Source: Candidatus Dojkabacteria bacterium
Lineage (GTDB): Bacteria > Patescibacteriota > Dojkabacteria > SC72
DNA length: 64,000 nucleotides
Direction of reading: 5' to 3'
Assembly: GCA_034005145.1 (NCBI GenBank)
Contig: JAVEVH010000001.1
Span: 1,899 to 65,898 of the forward strand
Shown: in pieces, positions 24,001-31,747 of the stretch
How the letters are laid out: each line of letters starts with the position of its first letter
How positions within the stretch are numbered: the first letter of the stretch is position 1
Position numbers and translations under genes: made by a program
The notes under the pieces: generated by a model
Seen by the model: only the letters and a program-made list of their open reading frames with translations
Told to the model about the DNA's origin: nothing
The model's database searches: none

Positions 24001-27000
24001 TATGCAAACCTTAGTACAGGTAATGTAGGAATAGATACAGGCTCTGCAGTTCCTGGAGCTAAATTACAAATAGGAGCAGGAACGTATGGACCAGGTGCTA
24101 ATCTGTCAGGTAATAGATTACAGATAAGCTCTAGCTCTGGTTGGGCATATATGACAATAGGTAATGCAGATGGTGCTAATACCCACAGATATATTGGTGG
24201 AGCAAGTGGAATACAGGCATTTGGTGTAGTATCTGATGCAGGATCTACTACAGAACATATGAGAATTACTTCTACAGGTAATGTAGGAATAGGGGATAGT
24301 AACCCTCTCTCACTACTTTCTGTAGGTACTGGTGGACTCTTTAGAGTAGATAGTGCAGGAGATTTAACTAGAGTAAAGGGAGTAACATACTCATGGCCAA
24401 GTGCAAATGCTACTGGTATATTAGCAAACAATGGTAGTGGTACACTCTCATGGTCATCACTAACAAGCTTAGGTGGAGCATTAGGTACAGGTGCAGCAGG
24501 TAGAGCAGCATTCTGGACAGATACCAATACCCTATCTAGTGATAGTAATTTTGCTTGGGATAATGTAAATAAGAGATTAGGTATTGGTACTAGTACACCA
24601 CAATATTCATTAGATATAGCTGGTTCTACATCAGAAATAGGTAATACAGCAGGAGATATTACTATTAATCCTACAGGTAATTTAATATTATCTGATGGTA
24701 GATTTGGTATAGGTACTACTAATCCTCAAGCCTCTATAGATATAGCAGGAGCTACATCAGAGATAAGTAATGTTAGTGGGGATATAACTATTAATCCTGC
24801 TGCTAACCTTATTATTACTGATGGAAATGTAGGGATAGGTGAGAGTACTCCTACAGGCGTTATAGATGCTATATATTCCACTTCTGCAGGTACTAGGAAA
24901 ATGGTTTTAACTAGTTCAGGACTTCGTTTTAGGAGGACTGGGGACACGGCTGCTTGGGCAATAAATGGCTATGGATTTAGTTCAAACAATGGTACGGATC
25001 TTGGTGGATTTGGGGCTTATGGTACAGAGACATCTCTTAATTATTACTATATAGGAACTACTTATTCCTCTCCTCTTATGTCTATTTCCAGTGGGGGAGC
25101 TGTTGGTATTGGAGTTGCTTCTGCTACCAAAACTCTTGAAGTAGCTGGTAATATGAAAATGTCCTACACAAACACAGGTACAGGTAGTACAGATATCTTT
25201 GATACTACATATACACAATCTGTAGCAGCTCCTGCAGGTACTATTAATGGTGGTATGTTTAAAGCTATCTTTAATACCACTGGTACTATGTATGATATGG
25301 CTGCTTTAAAAACAGATATTCAAAATACTAGTAGTGGTACAGTAAGTAGAATGTTTGGATTTAGAAATGAAATACATAATGAAAGTACAGGAACTGTTAC
25401 ATTAGCATCCTCTATATATGGTAGAGGATACCAAGCAGATGCAGCAGGTACTATCTCTGGATTACATACATTCTGGGCTGAGGGAGCATATAAAGGGGCC
25501 GCAGGTACTATCACTGGTCAAACAGGTTTAACAGTAAGTGGTTTAACTACTGCTACTAACAATACGCACATCTTATTAGGTACAGCATCTATACCTACAG
25601 GTAACTACGCTATATATAGTAGTACTTCCTCTGCTAGTTACTTCGCAGGGGATCTTACTACATCCAGAGCATTTGTAACAGGTTTATCTTCGAGCTGGGG
25701 TGTTACAAGTGGTGTAAATACAGGTGGTGTAAATGTGACTATGGGAACATCTTCAGCTGCAACATGGCTAATCTCTGGAACAAGTGGTGGGACTTTCCGT
25801 GCAGGTTTACAGGCACTTGATAGTAGTGGAATATTAAGAATATATTCTAATAGTAGTTATGTTTCTTTTGATGGAGGAGCTATCTCCGCTACAGGTGCAG
25901 TAAATGTAGGATCTTTACAAATTAATAGTACTACTCCAACATTAACATTCAATGAAACAGATCAAGTAGCTTGGACATACTCTATAGATGGAGATCAGTG
26001 GTTAGTTAAGAGAAGTGGTGTAGATAAGTTGGTAGTAAATAATGCAGGATCTTTAATTATTAAGGGAGATTTATCAAATAATGAGGATTCGACAGTATAT
26101 ATGGGTGCTACAGCTTCAAGCTCATCCTTAAGGCTTAAGAGTAATAATTCAGATACTCTTACTCTATACTCCAATGGTAATGTAGGTGTGGGTAATACTG
26201 CTCCTGCAGCTAAATTAACTGTAGGATCAAATATAACGGGAAGTGCTGCTAGTACAACCTTCCAGACTAATGCAGGATCTTTAGGGACAGCAATTTACAG
26301 CTCATTAAAATTAGCATCTATAGGGTTTACTTCCTCAAATCAATCATCTTTGACTATCTTGGGATATAGGCATACTGCTGGTACAAACTGGGACACAACC
26401 TCTATTGGTATAGGAATGAGTGTAGATTCGTCAACCTATGTAAATGATGCTGCATTATGGATTAGTCATCATGGGCACGTTGGAATAGGCGCTGGTGCTA
26501 TGTCATATAAATTTGAGGTAACTGATAACGATGCTGCATATACTACAATGTCCCAAAATACTTATACAGGAGCTAATAAGAAAAACTTATTAATAAGAAA
26601 TTATAGCTCTAATGGTAGTTTTGCTACCTCTGACTATCTCGTCGTATTCTCTAATACATATAACTGGGGTGTTAATGGAAGAATAAATGGTAATGGTACT
26701 GGAATTCAATATACGACATCATCAGATGCAAGACTTAAAACAAACGTTAGTTCCATTTCTAACGCACTTGATACTTTAATGAAGATGGATGCAGTCACCT
26801 ATAATTGGATTAATGGTGGGGCTAAAGATGCAGGTTTCTTAGCTCAAGACTTACAGCCACTCTATCCATTTGCAGTTAGTGGGAGTCCTGATGGAGATCC
26901 AATAATGGATCCAATGACTATTGATTACGGTAAATTAACACCAATAATTGTTGCTGCAATAAAGGATTTAAATAAGAAGGTGGATTCTAATGTATTAGGA

Positions 27001-28161
27001 ATCCAAAACCAGATAGAAGAAATAGAGGATTCCTTAGGCTTACTTCCAACTCCTACTTACAATATCTCTACCTCAGGTTGGTACCGTATATCTCAACTAA
27101 ACGGTCCTGATGATTACGCTAAGATAAAGGTAAATAATAGTACATTAGGATCATCACAAAACCTCATACTAAGTGTAGATACAGTAGGGGGAAATAATAA
27201 TGTAAATATAATATCTAACTTTACTACTGGAGGATATGACATTAGTAAAGCAAGAATAAATGAAGTAAGTGGTATTAAATACTTAGAAATATACTTAGAA
27301 AATGTAAATAATAATAGTATTAAGGTAGATATAGATGGAGATATAACTAACTGGATATCTACAAACATTACTAAAGTAGATGACACTCTAATAGTTGAAA
27401 AAGAGTATGAATTCAGTGGATTACTCTTTGGAGTAAGTGATACCCTAGAAGTAGAAGAAGGAAGTATGAGAGTAAAAGGAAATCTCTTAACAAACTCCGA
27501 TGAATTAAATAACATTGGAGAAGATACAAACAGATGGAATGATATATATGCTAAAGGTGCAATAAGGTTAGGAAGTGGAGTAGGAAATGAGGGAGCAATT
27601 AGATTTAATGTAGAAAATCAAGTATTAGAATTTAGTAATGACGGTACTACATGGGTACAACTAGGAGACCTAAGCTCTCAAACAGTAATATCTCCAGAAT
27701 ATCCAGGAGCCATACTCTTTGCAGACGGAAGTGATAACTTTGGAAATATGACATCTGATGCAGAAGAGAGTACAGGCTCATTCAGAAACTACTACGAATG
27801 GATATCAGACAGAGAAACACTTCAAGATTACGATATCTTAGTAAGAGTAACACTACCATCTGACTTTGTAAGTTGGAAAGATGATGCAATATATCTAGAC
27901 TTCATGACCGAAAACTCAGCCTCTATTAACAACAACAAAGTAGATATGTATTTAATGGGAAGTAACGGAATTGACGCTCAAGTAAATGATGGAATTAGTA
28001 AATTACCAGGAGCATGGGAAAGAGTAAGTATTAAAGCAATAGATATAAATGATTGTAATAACGCAGGAGATACATGTACTCTAAGAATCTCTCTAAGCTC
28101 TCTACAATCATACTTCGTAAGAGTAGGAGACATTACATTAAATTACAACAGAGGATTGTAA
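12088..28161 (+). CDS. Giant (5357 aa) secreted/membrane-anchored modular surface protein: tail-fibre-like Gly/Thr/Ser/Asn-rich repeats, Hep_Hag-like block, internal S74 intramolecular-chaperone autoprotease domain
   Basis: Single uninterrupted ORF with an N-terminal hydrophobic signal/anchor (LFILLIVSFIFASLILTPTYA). Repeated modules ...NVGIGDTTPASLFTVG...SWPSANATG.LTNNGSGTLSWT...LPTGTEGQMLYNNAG.WTA..GMYWDD.NSRLGIGTTSP. Hep_Hag-like N.A.G..AL repeats (aa ~3715-3950). S74-like motif TSSDARLKTNV...TIDYGKLTPIIVAAIKDL (aa ~4875-4985). Confidence 0.8.
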   Translation: MIKTNCPNIAKNLFILLIVSFIFASLILTPTYALTSDTINFQGKIVRNDTGYEGLNVIPGTPACVVSGASNDTCDFQVAYYTASTGGTLLLTETFLNREIGEYEGIFELSLGSGSVTTTGQCRDGTCNTVGEVISEYGDIYLELKFAPDGTNLTETFNRMPLEASAYSIFSKYAEGAHDAFKLSTSISSQTQSSPTTGMVYYNTTAGEVQVYNGSGWENISGESLWTDAGTFTYLTSASDDLVLGANTVAGSTFFFDMDGSSGSYFEIDNGANTERLFTILANGNVGIGTASPGAKLEVAGASSTITNSTGNLTISTGGLNGNIIFSPHGTGTVLVESTFGIKETGTTPTYYTYFQGGDQGGNITYTLPVNDGDASQVLTSNGSGVLSWSTVLTGASRWNEIAAPNGNTSMSHGTYTTSFTFTNTTTSSFSLTGNSISSGKLFSLASSSVGLTGSVADITLSGSNAANTGSLLSLNNTGTLNTGTTMVINHYATGTNNLAFRVNDVSADTTPFVIDGNGNVGIGTTTPEGSLTVNGSVGIGDNASITQASHFVDIYSTTDYGGSNESTLRVRTAVEGNLTGTEMAALAYRNSNWRVLYAQQGSAGSALYTDGNVHFMNGSVGLGTTSPQSIFNIYHATDPKITLQNSTTGVTSTDGFYISEIGSNAYLWNREDGEMYFAVNNGTALTIQADKDVIVNSGNVGIGDTTPASLFTVGNNDVFQVSSTGDLVSIKGVSYVWPSANATGMLTNNGSGTLSWTDLNAGDELLPTGTEGQMLYNNAGVWTAYSGMYWDDVNSRLGIGTTSPSTKFDLVGNMKTSGSIFSDESGPQQIIKFPNVYEPVNFGASTGAIKIKLPARADNAMVKIIVDIYSYSGSQLAATYEIGGYNIGGSFTASYAYTLTGKSFFLNLPVRFGDDSTNLMSYIIIGNTDTAWGSYSPSVVIREVQITGWGASTSTNWQDPNSYEITMTTDTTGLTLSTIASTTSPAVLAGSVSGLTAGSIPYASSAGSLTQNNANLFWDATNARIGLGTNTTTARITLGASTAATGGIDFGGDTPLYRSAASILKTRHLYPETTGTYNLGNSSLEWQYIYATRIIGSAYINSDYFARYSVNNTAFFDSTAGNPELRVYGNDGAFKYGYMKVDTNGAFNILSQTGEEVKLGANNTVGLTIATSNNVGIGDTSPASLFTVGNNDVFQVSSTGDLVSIKGVSYVWPSANATGMLTNNGSGTLSWTDLNAGDELLPTGTEGQMLYNNAGAWTAYSGMYWDDTNSRLGIGTTSPGAKLQINTGADATKGLIIRGNTSQSANLTEWQNSGGTILASVDRIGHLSVNNIQALYGGSAQVDSIGGTSYLPYMTDAYSDQFIFKPVTSLEYDTTGSGNWVSQTASNANVLLDNSQSTSLAIPTATAKGFRVVINTGAWLAPQLFVLEQSWASGSPSGSAPLEITLESSPNGTDTWTVRKATTAFDYHGSSTNKYVWLTGHTSDPYWRVTVVRTDTGTQDLRVQNIKLLASSNMSFGYTRSLPYEFNYDKSFNFYNDSMKIKLASGQTANAIEIKNSSGTDLALISSAGGAYFASNVGIGDTTPASLFTVGNGDLFQVNSSGDLIKIKNVTYSWPSANASGVLTNNGSGTLSWTDLNGGDELLPTGTEGQMLYNNAGTWTAFNGMYWEDVNSRLGIGTTSPLSSLDLNNGILSRYNSSWTGLNNSVIIPTQNILAFADKNSNYTVTLSSQPDSGSVSSLFDGNTGTTALWYDAKLPLTIQIDLDKQYNLNHLFGVGFYGQYFAKDIKIEVYNGNTSTWYTIVDTTSNADDSFSFYQYYNYVTKVKFTFNTSNSSGRINISTLVDGNTMDRKGYYVNKGGDTMYGALTIKGTTSDSSAFGLNVTDSANASNFYVRNDGNVGIGTTTPGSRLDVTASTSNALVNINQTNTWSGSEWALSVTGYTNLNGFRINAADGIRALHKVTAGGVMGFSTQGDDPITFTQSSSTERMRIATGGNVGIGDTTPASLFTVGSGDLFQVNSSGDLIKIKNVTYSWPSSNSSGVLTNNGSGTLTWTNISSSLLPTGTEGQMLYNNAGTWTAFNGMYWDDVNSRLGIGTTSPTAYLDIESPDATSLHQEWKRVDTGKSFNISLAGSDWRLSGSAGENILLAVDASSLNTTNLVGIGSSNPGAKLQIDTGADATKGLIVKANSATQSANLTEWQNSAGTVLGAVTPTGAYYIGSSSNYTTAFTVKGSWSASTYGMILDLEPSVTISGYGGYGIYSNPSVTLTNSSWKTIESSINNLVVTGTNDYRGFHFSQPANLTGTLTSQYGIYINSLDKATSNYAIYTNTGLNRLGDQLSILGSADRTQLIVKANSTQTVNLQEWQNSSGVGLSVISGSGYLGVGDSTPASLFTVGSGDLFQVNSSGDLIKIKNVTYSWPSSNSSGVLTNNGSGTLTWTNISSSLLPTGTEGQMLYNNAGTWTAYSGMYWDDVNSRLGIGTTSPQSTAHVYGASSINTISGIFGRGYQVDSTNYGSFGANSRVGLVGATYYSSVPNLPINPLGTQYASAGLVGIGGGTSGGGSGIGVFGYGQTVDARTGFTAGGRFIAETNGDITAYEDLYGVYAKANGITNTVGADNLYGVYGVATGQGTDIAYAGYFSATGGATNYGIYSVAGNNYFNGSVGIGTTSPDYTLQVNGTIAPETTDQDLGTSSLRWDVYGNTINADSTVTLTGLGTGTDNSVVILNSSNQLTTDEIDSRVWGTSLVDGSGTTGQLSYWVDANTLGSLSYSGWDTNASDDVTAFLGLTDTPSAYTGNGGYLVRVNSGGTALEFVAASTYTDTNDYVDSVGFNTSNGVLTLGRTGALPDLTTDLDGRYLQSEADTLATVTGRGASTATALSLTGGATVRGLTVDNATATHDLISITAAATGAARYTGTITNADLTAARTWTFPNNTGTVALTTDIPAGATYWTKNAATLYPTTSGDSVIPNGTASIGASGTRWQYVYGTYGNFSTSTTTPLIVGSTSLALRPSSNGTTAIQLQNAAGTSILNVDTTNSRVGIGKNDPTVALDVVGDIKASGVIRNVTVSGTTDTAAATAAKTATISNYTLTTGDLLSITFTNGNSVSTPTLNINSVGAVNIRLGNTDVNTTNMTLAAGSTVLMYYDGTYFQIMGSQRTADSNTYDRTYWGNNIRAGAAIYDYKLLMQKADGKWYPLTLEEGTGTTKTVSTEAFTINSPILYYATTTNIAANGTLSNVYSEIPTTYLNYTANQASWTTELPIYLVGTIDSSGNFVLDNTSYTSFMTQTLPSTEDGKVYILLGQMYSTTGLRLFQYHPIYEYRNGGVRPYAPEASVKWSSLFAPTDNTSIDHSTYTTAFSFGATNTTAFSMTGNSLTTGKLLSLTSSYADAGNVFYVGATGAHTGAAAAIVSATATGNALNVTGDSITSGVVTNISSTSTEGTTSGSSIVLNIARSGVNTYADHTAYGVYSTVSNTNVTSGTNIAGYFSASGATTANYGLLVPEGYVGIGTGTPSRLLDIDGDMRLRGFIYDVNDESGTSGQILSRSSSGVDWIDASALSGVDWDEIGDPSSSSQIDHGATNTIFTFNGLTSGAGFQLSSNSTAGTASSYSRVLDITRSGVNANASHTAYGVYSAVTNSGSSSTNVGGYFSASGGTSNFGLIVGNGNVGIGTTNPSTSKLVVNTSSYSTIQLQYGGTAVVDIYSNVSSNIFMGLASGQAVTSGIENVAYGFNALTANTTGTRNVAIGHQTMTTNVAKQGSTAIGYQAMMYAHNTTTGSLTYNTAIGYQALVGSATAANNTGTGNTAVGHQSLTSNTSGSSNTALGVNALNSNATGGSNVALGYNAAFTNVAKGGIVAIGYEAMRYAYSNSTVASTYNIGIGYQALMGSTTAANNSGVGNTALGYQAGMDVTSGNYNTLIGYIAGDDLTTGINNTIIGYNAGQNLTTGGSNILIGNGTSTTTPAAGTSNWMNIGNAIYANLSTGNVGIDTGSAVPGAKLQIGAGTYGPGANLSGNRLQISSSSGWAYMTIGNADGANTHRYIGGASGIQAFGVVSDAGSTTEHMRITSTGNVGIGDSNPLSLLSVGTGGLFRVDSAGDLTRVKGVTYSWPSANATGILANNGSGTLSWSSLTSLGGALGTGAAGRAAFWTDTNTLSSDSNFAWDNVNKRLGIGTSTPQYSLDIAGSTSEIGNTAGDITINPTGNLILSDGRFGIGTTNPQASIDIAGATSEISNVSGDITINPAANLIITDGNVGIGESTPTGVIDAIYSTSAGTRKMVLTSSGLRFRRTGDTAAWAINGYGFSSNNGTDLGGFGAYGTETSLNYYYIGTTYSSPLMSISSGGAVGIGVASATKTLEVAGNMKMSYTNTGTGSTDIFDTTYTQSVAAPAGTINGGMFKAIFNTTGTMYDMAALKTDIQNTSSGTVSRMFGFRNEIHNESTGTVTLASSIYGRGYQADAAGTISGLHTFWAEGAYKGAAGTITGQTGLTVSGLTTATNNTHILLGTASIPTGNYAIYSSTSSASYFAGDLTTSRAFVTGLSSSWGVTSGVNTGGVNVTMGTSSAATWLISGTSGGTFRAGLQALDSSGILRIYSNSSYVSFDGGAISATGAVNVGSLQINSTTPTLTFNETDQVAWTYSIDGDQWLVKRSGVDKLVVNNAGSLIIKGDLSNNEDSTVYMGATASSSSLRLKSNNSDTLTLYSNGNVGVGNTAPAAKLTVGSNITGSAASTTFQTNAGSLGTAIYSSLKLASIGFTSSNQSSLTILGYRHTAGTNWDTTSIGIGMSVDSSTYVNDAALWISHHGHVGIGAGAMSYKFEVTDNDAAYTTMSQNTYTGANKKNLLIRNYSSNGSFATSDYLVVFSNTYNWGVNGRINGNGTGIQYTTSSDARLKTNVSSISNALDTLMKMDAVTYNWINGGAKDAGFLAQDLQPLYPFAVSGSPDGDPIMDPMTIDYGKLTPIIVAAIKDLNKKVDSNVLGIQNQIEEIEDSLGLLPTPTYNISTSGWYRISQLNGPDDYAKIKVNNSTLGSSQNLILSVDTVGGNNNVNIISNFTTGGYDISKARINEVSGIKYLEIYLENVNNNSIKVDIDGDITNWISTNITKVDDTLIVEKEYEFSGLLFGVSDTLEVEEGSMRVKGNLLTNSDELNNIGEDTNRWNDIYAKGAIRLGSGVGNEGAIRFNVENQVLEFSNDGTTWVQLGDLSSQTVISPEYPGAILFADGSDNFGNMTSDAEESTGSFRNYYEWISDRETLQDYDILVRVTLPSDFVSWKDDAIYLDFMTENSASINNNKVDMYLMGSNGIDAQVNDGISKLPGAWERVSIKAIDINDCNNAGDTCTLRISLSSLQSYFVRVGDITLNYNRGL
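14185..19535 (+). repeat. Five near-identical ~311-317-bp direct repeats inside the giant gene (starts ~14185, 15610, 16816, 18073, 19236; spacing 1.16-1.43 kb)
   Basis: Copies 1/2 and 4/5 are about 97-99% identical at DNA level. They encode the conserved linker NVGIGDTTPASLFTVG...RLGIGTTSP between divergent ~300-aa modules. A sixth, diverged copy lies near 24290-24600. Confidence 0.8.
26701..27030 (+). other. Region encoding a peptidase-S74 / C-terminal intramolecular chaperone-like autoproteolytic domain (internal, about 480 aa from the C-terminus)
   Basis: Conserved S-D-x-R-L-K (SSDARLKTNVSS) followed by the ...DYGKLTPIIVAAIKDL... helix characteristic of phage endosialidase/tail-spike CIMCD domains. 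Confidence 0.6.
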
Positions 28162-31058
28162 TGAAGAAAGAAAATACCTTTAAAAAGATATTAGTATGTA
28201 CTACATACTTAGTACTAGCAATAGTATGTATCTTCGGTGTGTTCTTTTTAATATATAAAAGTAGTAATAGAGAAAATGACAATATTGTAAGAGCACAAGA
28301 TAGTGGTACATATTTAAGGAGTGTTAATCCTAAATTTCTAGTTGATTTTGTTAACGATGAATATATTAGGTTTGAAACAGTATCATCATACAGTAACCCA
28401 TTTGAAGGAACTAAGGGTAATATATGGCAAAAAATCCAATATATGCTTGGCATTAGACAACAGAGGAAAGGAATTGAGATATCACTAATAGATGTATCAT
28501 ATGACACAGAACTAAGAAATATACTAGAAGAAAGAGATATTAATATATCCGAATTTAATATTAACAGAAGCTTTGAATTAATATCTAGTGGGAGAGTAAT
28601 AGGGGAGGAAGGAGAAGAACCAGTATCTAAAGATACCGTAATATCAAGAAATATATATAGAGGGGTAGATTTAGAATATCAGATAATTGAAGGTAAGGGA
28701 TTAAAGGAAGAGATTGTACTAAGAGAAATACCCCAGTATGTAACAGAGTGTAGTAGTGGAGAGTGTACACTACCGGTAAATAGGTTTCTGTTTAAATTAG
28801 ACTTAGATGAAGGCCTAGAGATTAAAAGAAGTATAGAGGGCAATGACCAATATCCTTCTGGAGCTTTGTATATAGTGGATGGGGAGGGTAACTACTACGC
28901 ACATTTCTTACCTGAATACGCAGTTGATGCCGTTGGTAATAAAACGAGTAATGTTGTTTCAAATATATCTGTATCTGATAAAGGTGGATATATATTTGAA
29001 GTAATATTAGATTCAGAGTGGTTACTTAGTGAGGAAAGAGTCTTTCCCATTAGAATAGATCCAAGTATTGTACATGATAGTGAGATATCTTTTAACGAAG
29101 GGAAATATGACAGGGTATCTACTAATGAAGCTGTAATGCTCTCTCTAAATGAAGGGTACAAATCAGGATCATATACATCTGGTATTTTAGATTTAGGCTC
29201 TAATAGCAGGTTAAATGGAATCTCATGGGATGGTTACTCCCAAGCCACTGGAGATGGAGAAATCTCTTACTCTGTAGTAGGGTTGATACACCAAGAGGAT
29301 TTTAATGATTTAATCTCCTCTAAAACCAAATGGGGTAGTGGAGCATTACAACTAGATACCCTTACTGATACCCATACTGTACCAATTACTCCTAACGAAA
29401 CAGATTACTTTACCTTAGAGCTTTGGTCTAATAGTAGATATATACAAAATGAACAGTATATCCTTAAATCCAATCTAATTAATCTAAAGGTTAAAGAGGG
29501 TCTGTATATATTAGAAGATAGTGGGGGTATAGAGTATCCAACAGAATTACCTGCTAAGTACAACGATTGGGAATATATAGCGGTAATAATGGATATGCAA
29601 GGCTCAAGTATATCTTTGTATGTAAACGAATTAGAGTATGAAGTTGAGGTAATATATACAGATACACTGCTTAATACCTTAACCTTTACTCAAAGTATTG
29701 GATATATTGACTCTGTTAGAGTGTATGATAGGTTGGTACCTAGAAATGAGCTCTTAGGAAACTCACAATACAGTAATATATATCTACAATACTCACTTAG
29801 TGATGATGGTTTAACATGGTCAGATTGGTATACAAAAAATAAATATCTTCCAGAGAGTGTTGTAGGAGAGGGTAATATATCTCTTACCTCTGAAGTAGAA
29901 GATATGAGTATTTTTGATATCCTTACCTTTAAATATTTTACAGACACAGAACAAGAAATTACCCTTGGGATTAATAACTTTGTTAATGGTGTAGATGAAC
30001 AAGATATTACTAGGTTAGAAGAAATAGAGGGCATAATAGAGCTTACAGAAGACATTAAATATATGGATGTACTCTTTACTCCAGATGAGGTACAGAATGG
30101 CTGTATATTGGCTCTAGAGGGCTTAGAAATATATACATTAACCTCAGGTGAAGTAGGAATATATCTTAATGATGAAAACCTCTTAACAGAGGATATGTAT
30201 ATACCAAATACAACCAATATACTCTCCATTTCTCTTACCCCAACTAATACAGATATATATCTAAATGGAAATGTATTACAAAGTAGTACAATACATACAC
30301 TTACACCCCAAACATATACCGTAGGGGATGGATGTACTACGAGTTTGAGTACTCCTTTTGTAGGTGATATTAAGGGTGTAAGGCTCTCTACACAGGAAAA
30401 AAGTAGTATAGATATTCTAGAGTACAGTAATATATTAAATAGGACATATATATTAAAACCTGTGTTTAAAGCAGTATTACAATCTGATACACAGATTGTA
30501 GATATTAATGATACAACCTTCTCAATTGCTGAGATAGATTCCTCTCAATTAATATCTAATCTGTATGTAGGAGATACTGTGGTAATCTCTGAGGATGAAG
30601 AGTTCGTACAAGGTATTGTTTCTTCTTTAGACAGTGATACAGGTTTAGTTACTGTAGATGGTTGGCAAGAGGGTAGTACTGTCCCAGAGTTAGGCTTCTC
30701 TACCCTTGCCTCTATTGTAAAGTGGGAAGAGGAACATATATTTGTTAATACATTCTTAGAAAGAAATACCCCTATAAATACCCTGACTTTAGCTTCCGAT
30801 ATAGTAGGTAATATTAAAGATATTACTCTATTTAGTACGCAGGATATGGGTGATGAAGTACTCTTTGAGAATACAAATTCTAGATATCTTAAATACAAAT
30901 TCATATACATTACCTCTAGGCAGGGTATGTCTTCATACCTCTCTTCTGTTAATATTGATTTTGAGAGTGGGGGACCAGAGATGGATCAGATATTGCGACA
31001 TGGACAGTGGTTTAATGAGGGTAGTAAACAAGGTTTTTGGTGGGTAGAACAACAGTAA
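28161..31058 (+). CDS. Membrane-anchored (N-terminal TM) large protein of unknown function, translationally coupled to the giant gene
   Basis: ATG overlaps the giant gene's stop as TAATG (start taken at the internal Met of the listed ORF). TM helix KKILVCTTYLVLAIVCIFGVFFLIY. 965 aa, no recognised motif. Confidence 0.55.
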   Translation: MKKENTFKKILVCTTYLVLAIVCIFGVFFLIYKSSNRENDNIVRAQDSGTYLRSVNPKFLVDFVNDEYIRFETVSSYSNPFEGTKGNIWQKIQYMLGIRQQRKGIEISLIDVSYDTELRNILEERDINISEFNINRSFELISSGRVIGEEGEEPVSKDTVISRNIYRGVDLEYQIIEGKGLKEEIVLREIPQYVTECSSGECTLPVNRFLFKLDLDEGLEIKRSIEGNDQYPSGALYIVDGEGNYYAHFLPEYAVDAVGNKTSNVVSNISVSDKGGYIFEVILDSEWLLSEERVFPIRIDPSIVHDSEISFNEGKYDRVSTNEAVMLSLNEGYKSGSYTSGILDLGSNSRLNGISWDGYSQATGDGEISYSVVGLIHQEDFNDLISSKTKWGSGALQLDTLTDTHTVPITPNETDYFTLELWSNSRYIQNEQYILKSNLINLKVKEGLYILEDSGGIEYPTELPAKYNDWEYIAVIMDMQGSSISLYVNELEYEVEVIYTDTLLNTLTFTQSIGYIDSVRVYDRLVPRNELLGNSQYSNIYLQYSLSDDGLTWSDWYTKNKYLPESVVGEGNISLTSEVEDMSIFDILTFKYFTDTEQEITLGINNFVNGVDEQDITRLEEIEGIIELTEDIKYMDVLFTPDEVQNGCILALEGLEIYTLTSGEVGIYLNDENLLTEDMYIPNTTNILSISLTPTNTDIYLNGNVLQSSTIHTLTPQTYTVGDGCTTSLSTPFVGDIKGVRLSTQEKSSIDILEYSNILNRTYILKPVFKAVLQSDTQIVDINDTTFSIAEIDSSQLISNLYVGDTVVISEDEEFVQGIVSSLDSDTGLVTVDGWQEGSTVPELGFSTLASIVKWEEEHIFVNTFLERNTPINTLTLASDIVGNIKDITLFSTQDMGDEVLFENTNSRYLKYKFIYITSRQGMSSYLSSVNIDFESGGPEMDQILRHGQWFNEGSKQGFWWVEQQ

Positions 31059-31082
31059 TTAAATTAATAAATTTTAATATAT

Positions 31083-31709
31083 ATGGGAGTTAAAGATAGT
31101 TTAGGTAGTGATAACGGGAAGTTTCTACTACTAGCATTTGCACTACTACTGGTATCCATAGTAATTGTTTTTGTAATGAATTCTGGTATGTACGGTCTCT
31201 CTGGAGACCTTCTAAATGGTAAAAGTACATACAGTGAACCTAAAGATGTACTTGAGCAGGAGTATGATTACTCAATATTGATAAGTACCATATATGGTGA
31301 TATCCAGATAGATTTGTATGAGGAATTAGCTCCTAACAATGTAAATAGTTTGTTGTTTTTAATGGGAGAACGATACTATGAAGGTCTTACAATACATAAG
31401 GTAGTAAAGGATTTTGTAATACAAATGGGAGATGCTAAAGGAGATGGTACAGGTGATCCTGGATATACAGTAGAGCAGGAGAACTTAGTTTCTTTTGAGG
31501 ATTTTGAGGTAGGTATGGCAAACTCTTCTCAATTTTTCATAGTGTTAGAGGGAGCAGACAAGAGTACCTTAGATGGGAATTACAGTGTAGTTGGAAGAGT
31601 AACCCAAGGGTTTGCAGTATTAGAATCAATAGGGAAGGTAGAAGTCAATGGAGACTACAGGCCACTTAATGATATCGTAATTAAGAGTATTCAAATCCAA
31701 GAGAATTAA
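31083..31709 (+). CDS. ppiB: Peptidyl-prolyl cis-trans isomerase, cyclophilin type, N-terminal membrane anchor
   Basis: Cyclophilin core motifs (YEGLTIHKVVKDFVIQMGD, NSSQFFIV, GRV.QG..VL..I) after an N-terminal TM segment. Confidence 0.85.
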   Translation: MGVKDSLGSDNGKFLLLAFALLLVSIVIVFVMNSGMYGLSGDLLNGKSTYSEPKDVLEQEYDYSILISTIYGDIQIDLYEELAPNNVNSLLFLMGERYYEGLTIHKVVKDFVIQMGDAKGDGTGDPGYTVEQENLVSFEDFEVGMANSSQFFIVLEGADKSTLDGNYSVVGRVTQGFAVLESIGKVEVNGDYRPLNDIVIKSIQIQEN

Positions 31710-31747
31710 TACTACAGGATTTCTTACTTAAGATATATTTAATACCT

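Noticed and set aside
12327-25514. Numerous minus-strand ORFs of 60-258 aa inside the giant gene (e.g. 16803-17201, 18003-18401, 19224-19457, 20553-21329, 23814-24527)
   Set aside because: They are antisense shadows of the repetitive Gly/Thr/Ala-rich coding strand and recur at each repeat copy. The + strand ORF is uninterrupted for 16 kb and carries recognisable domains.
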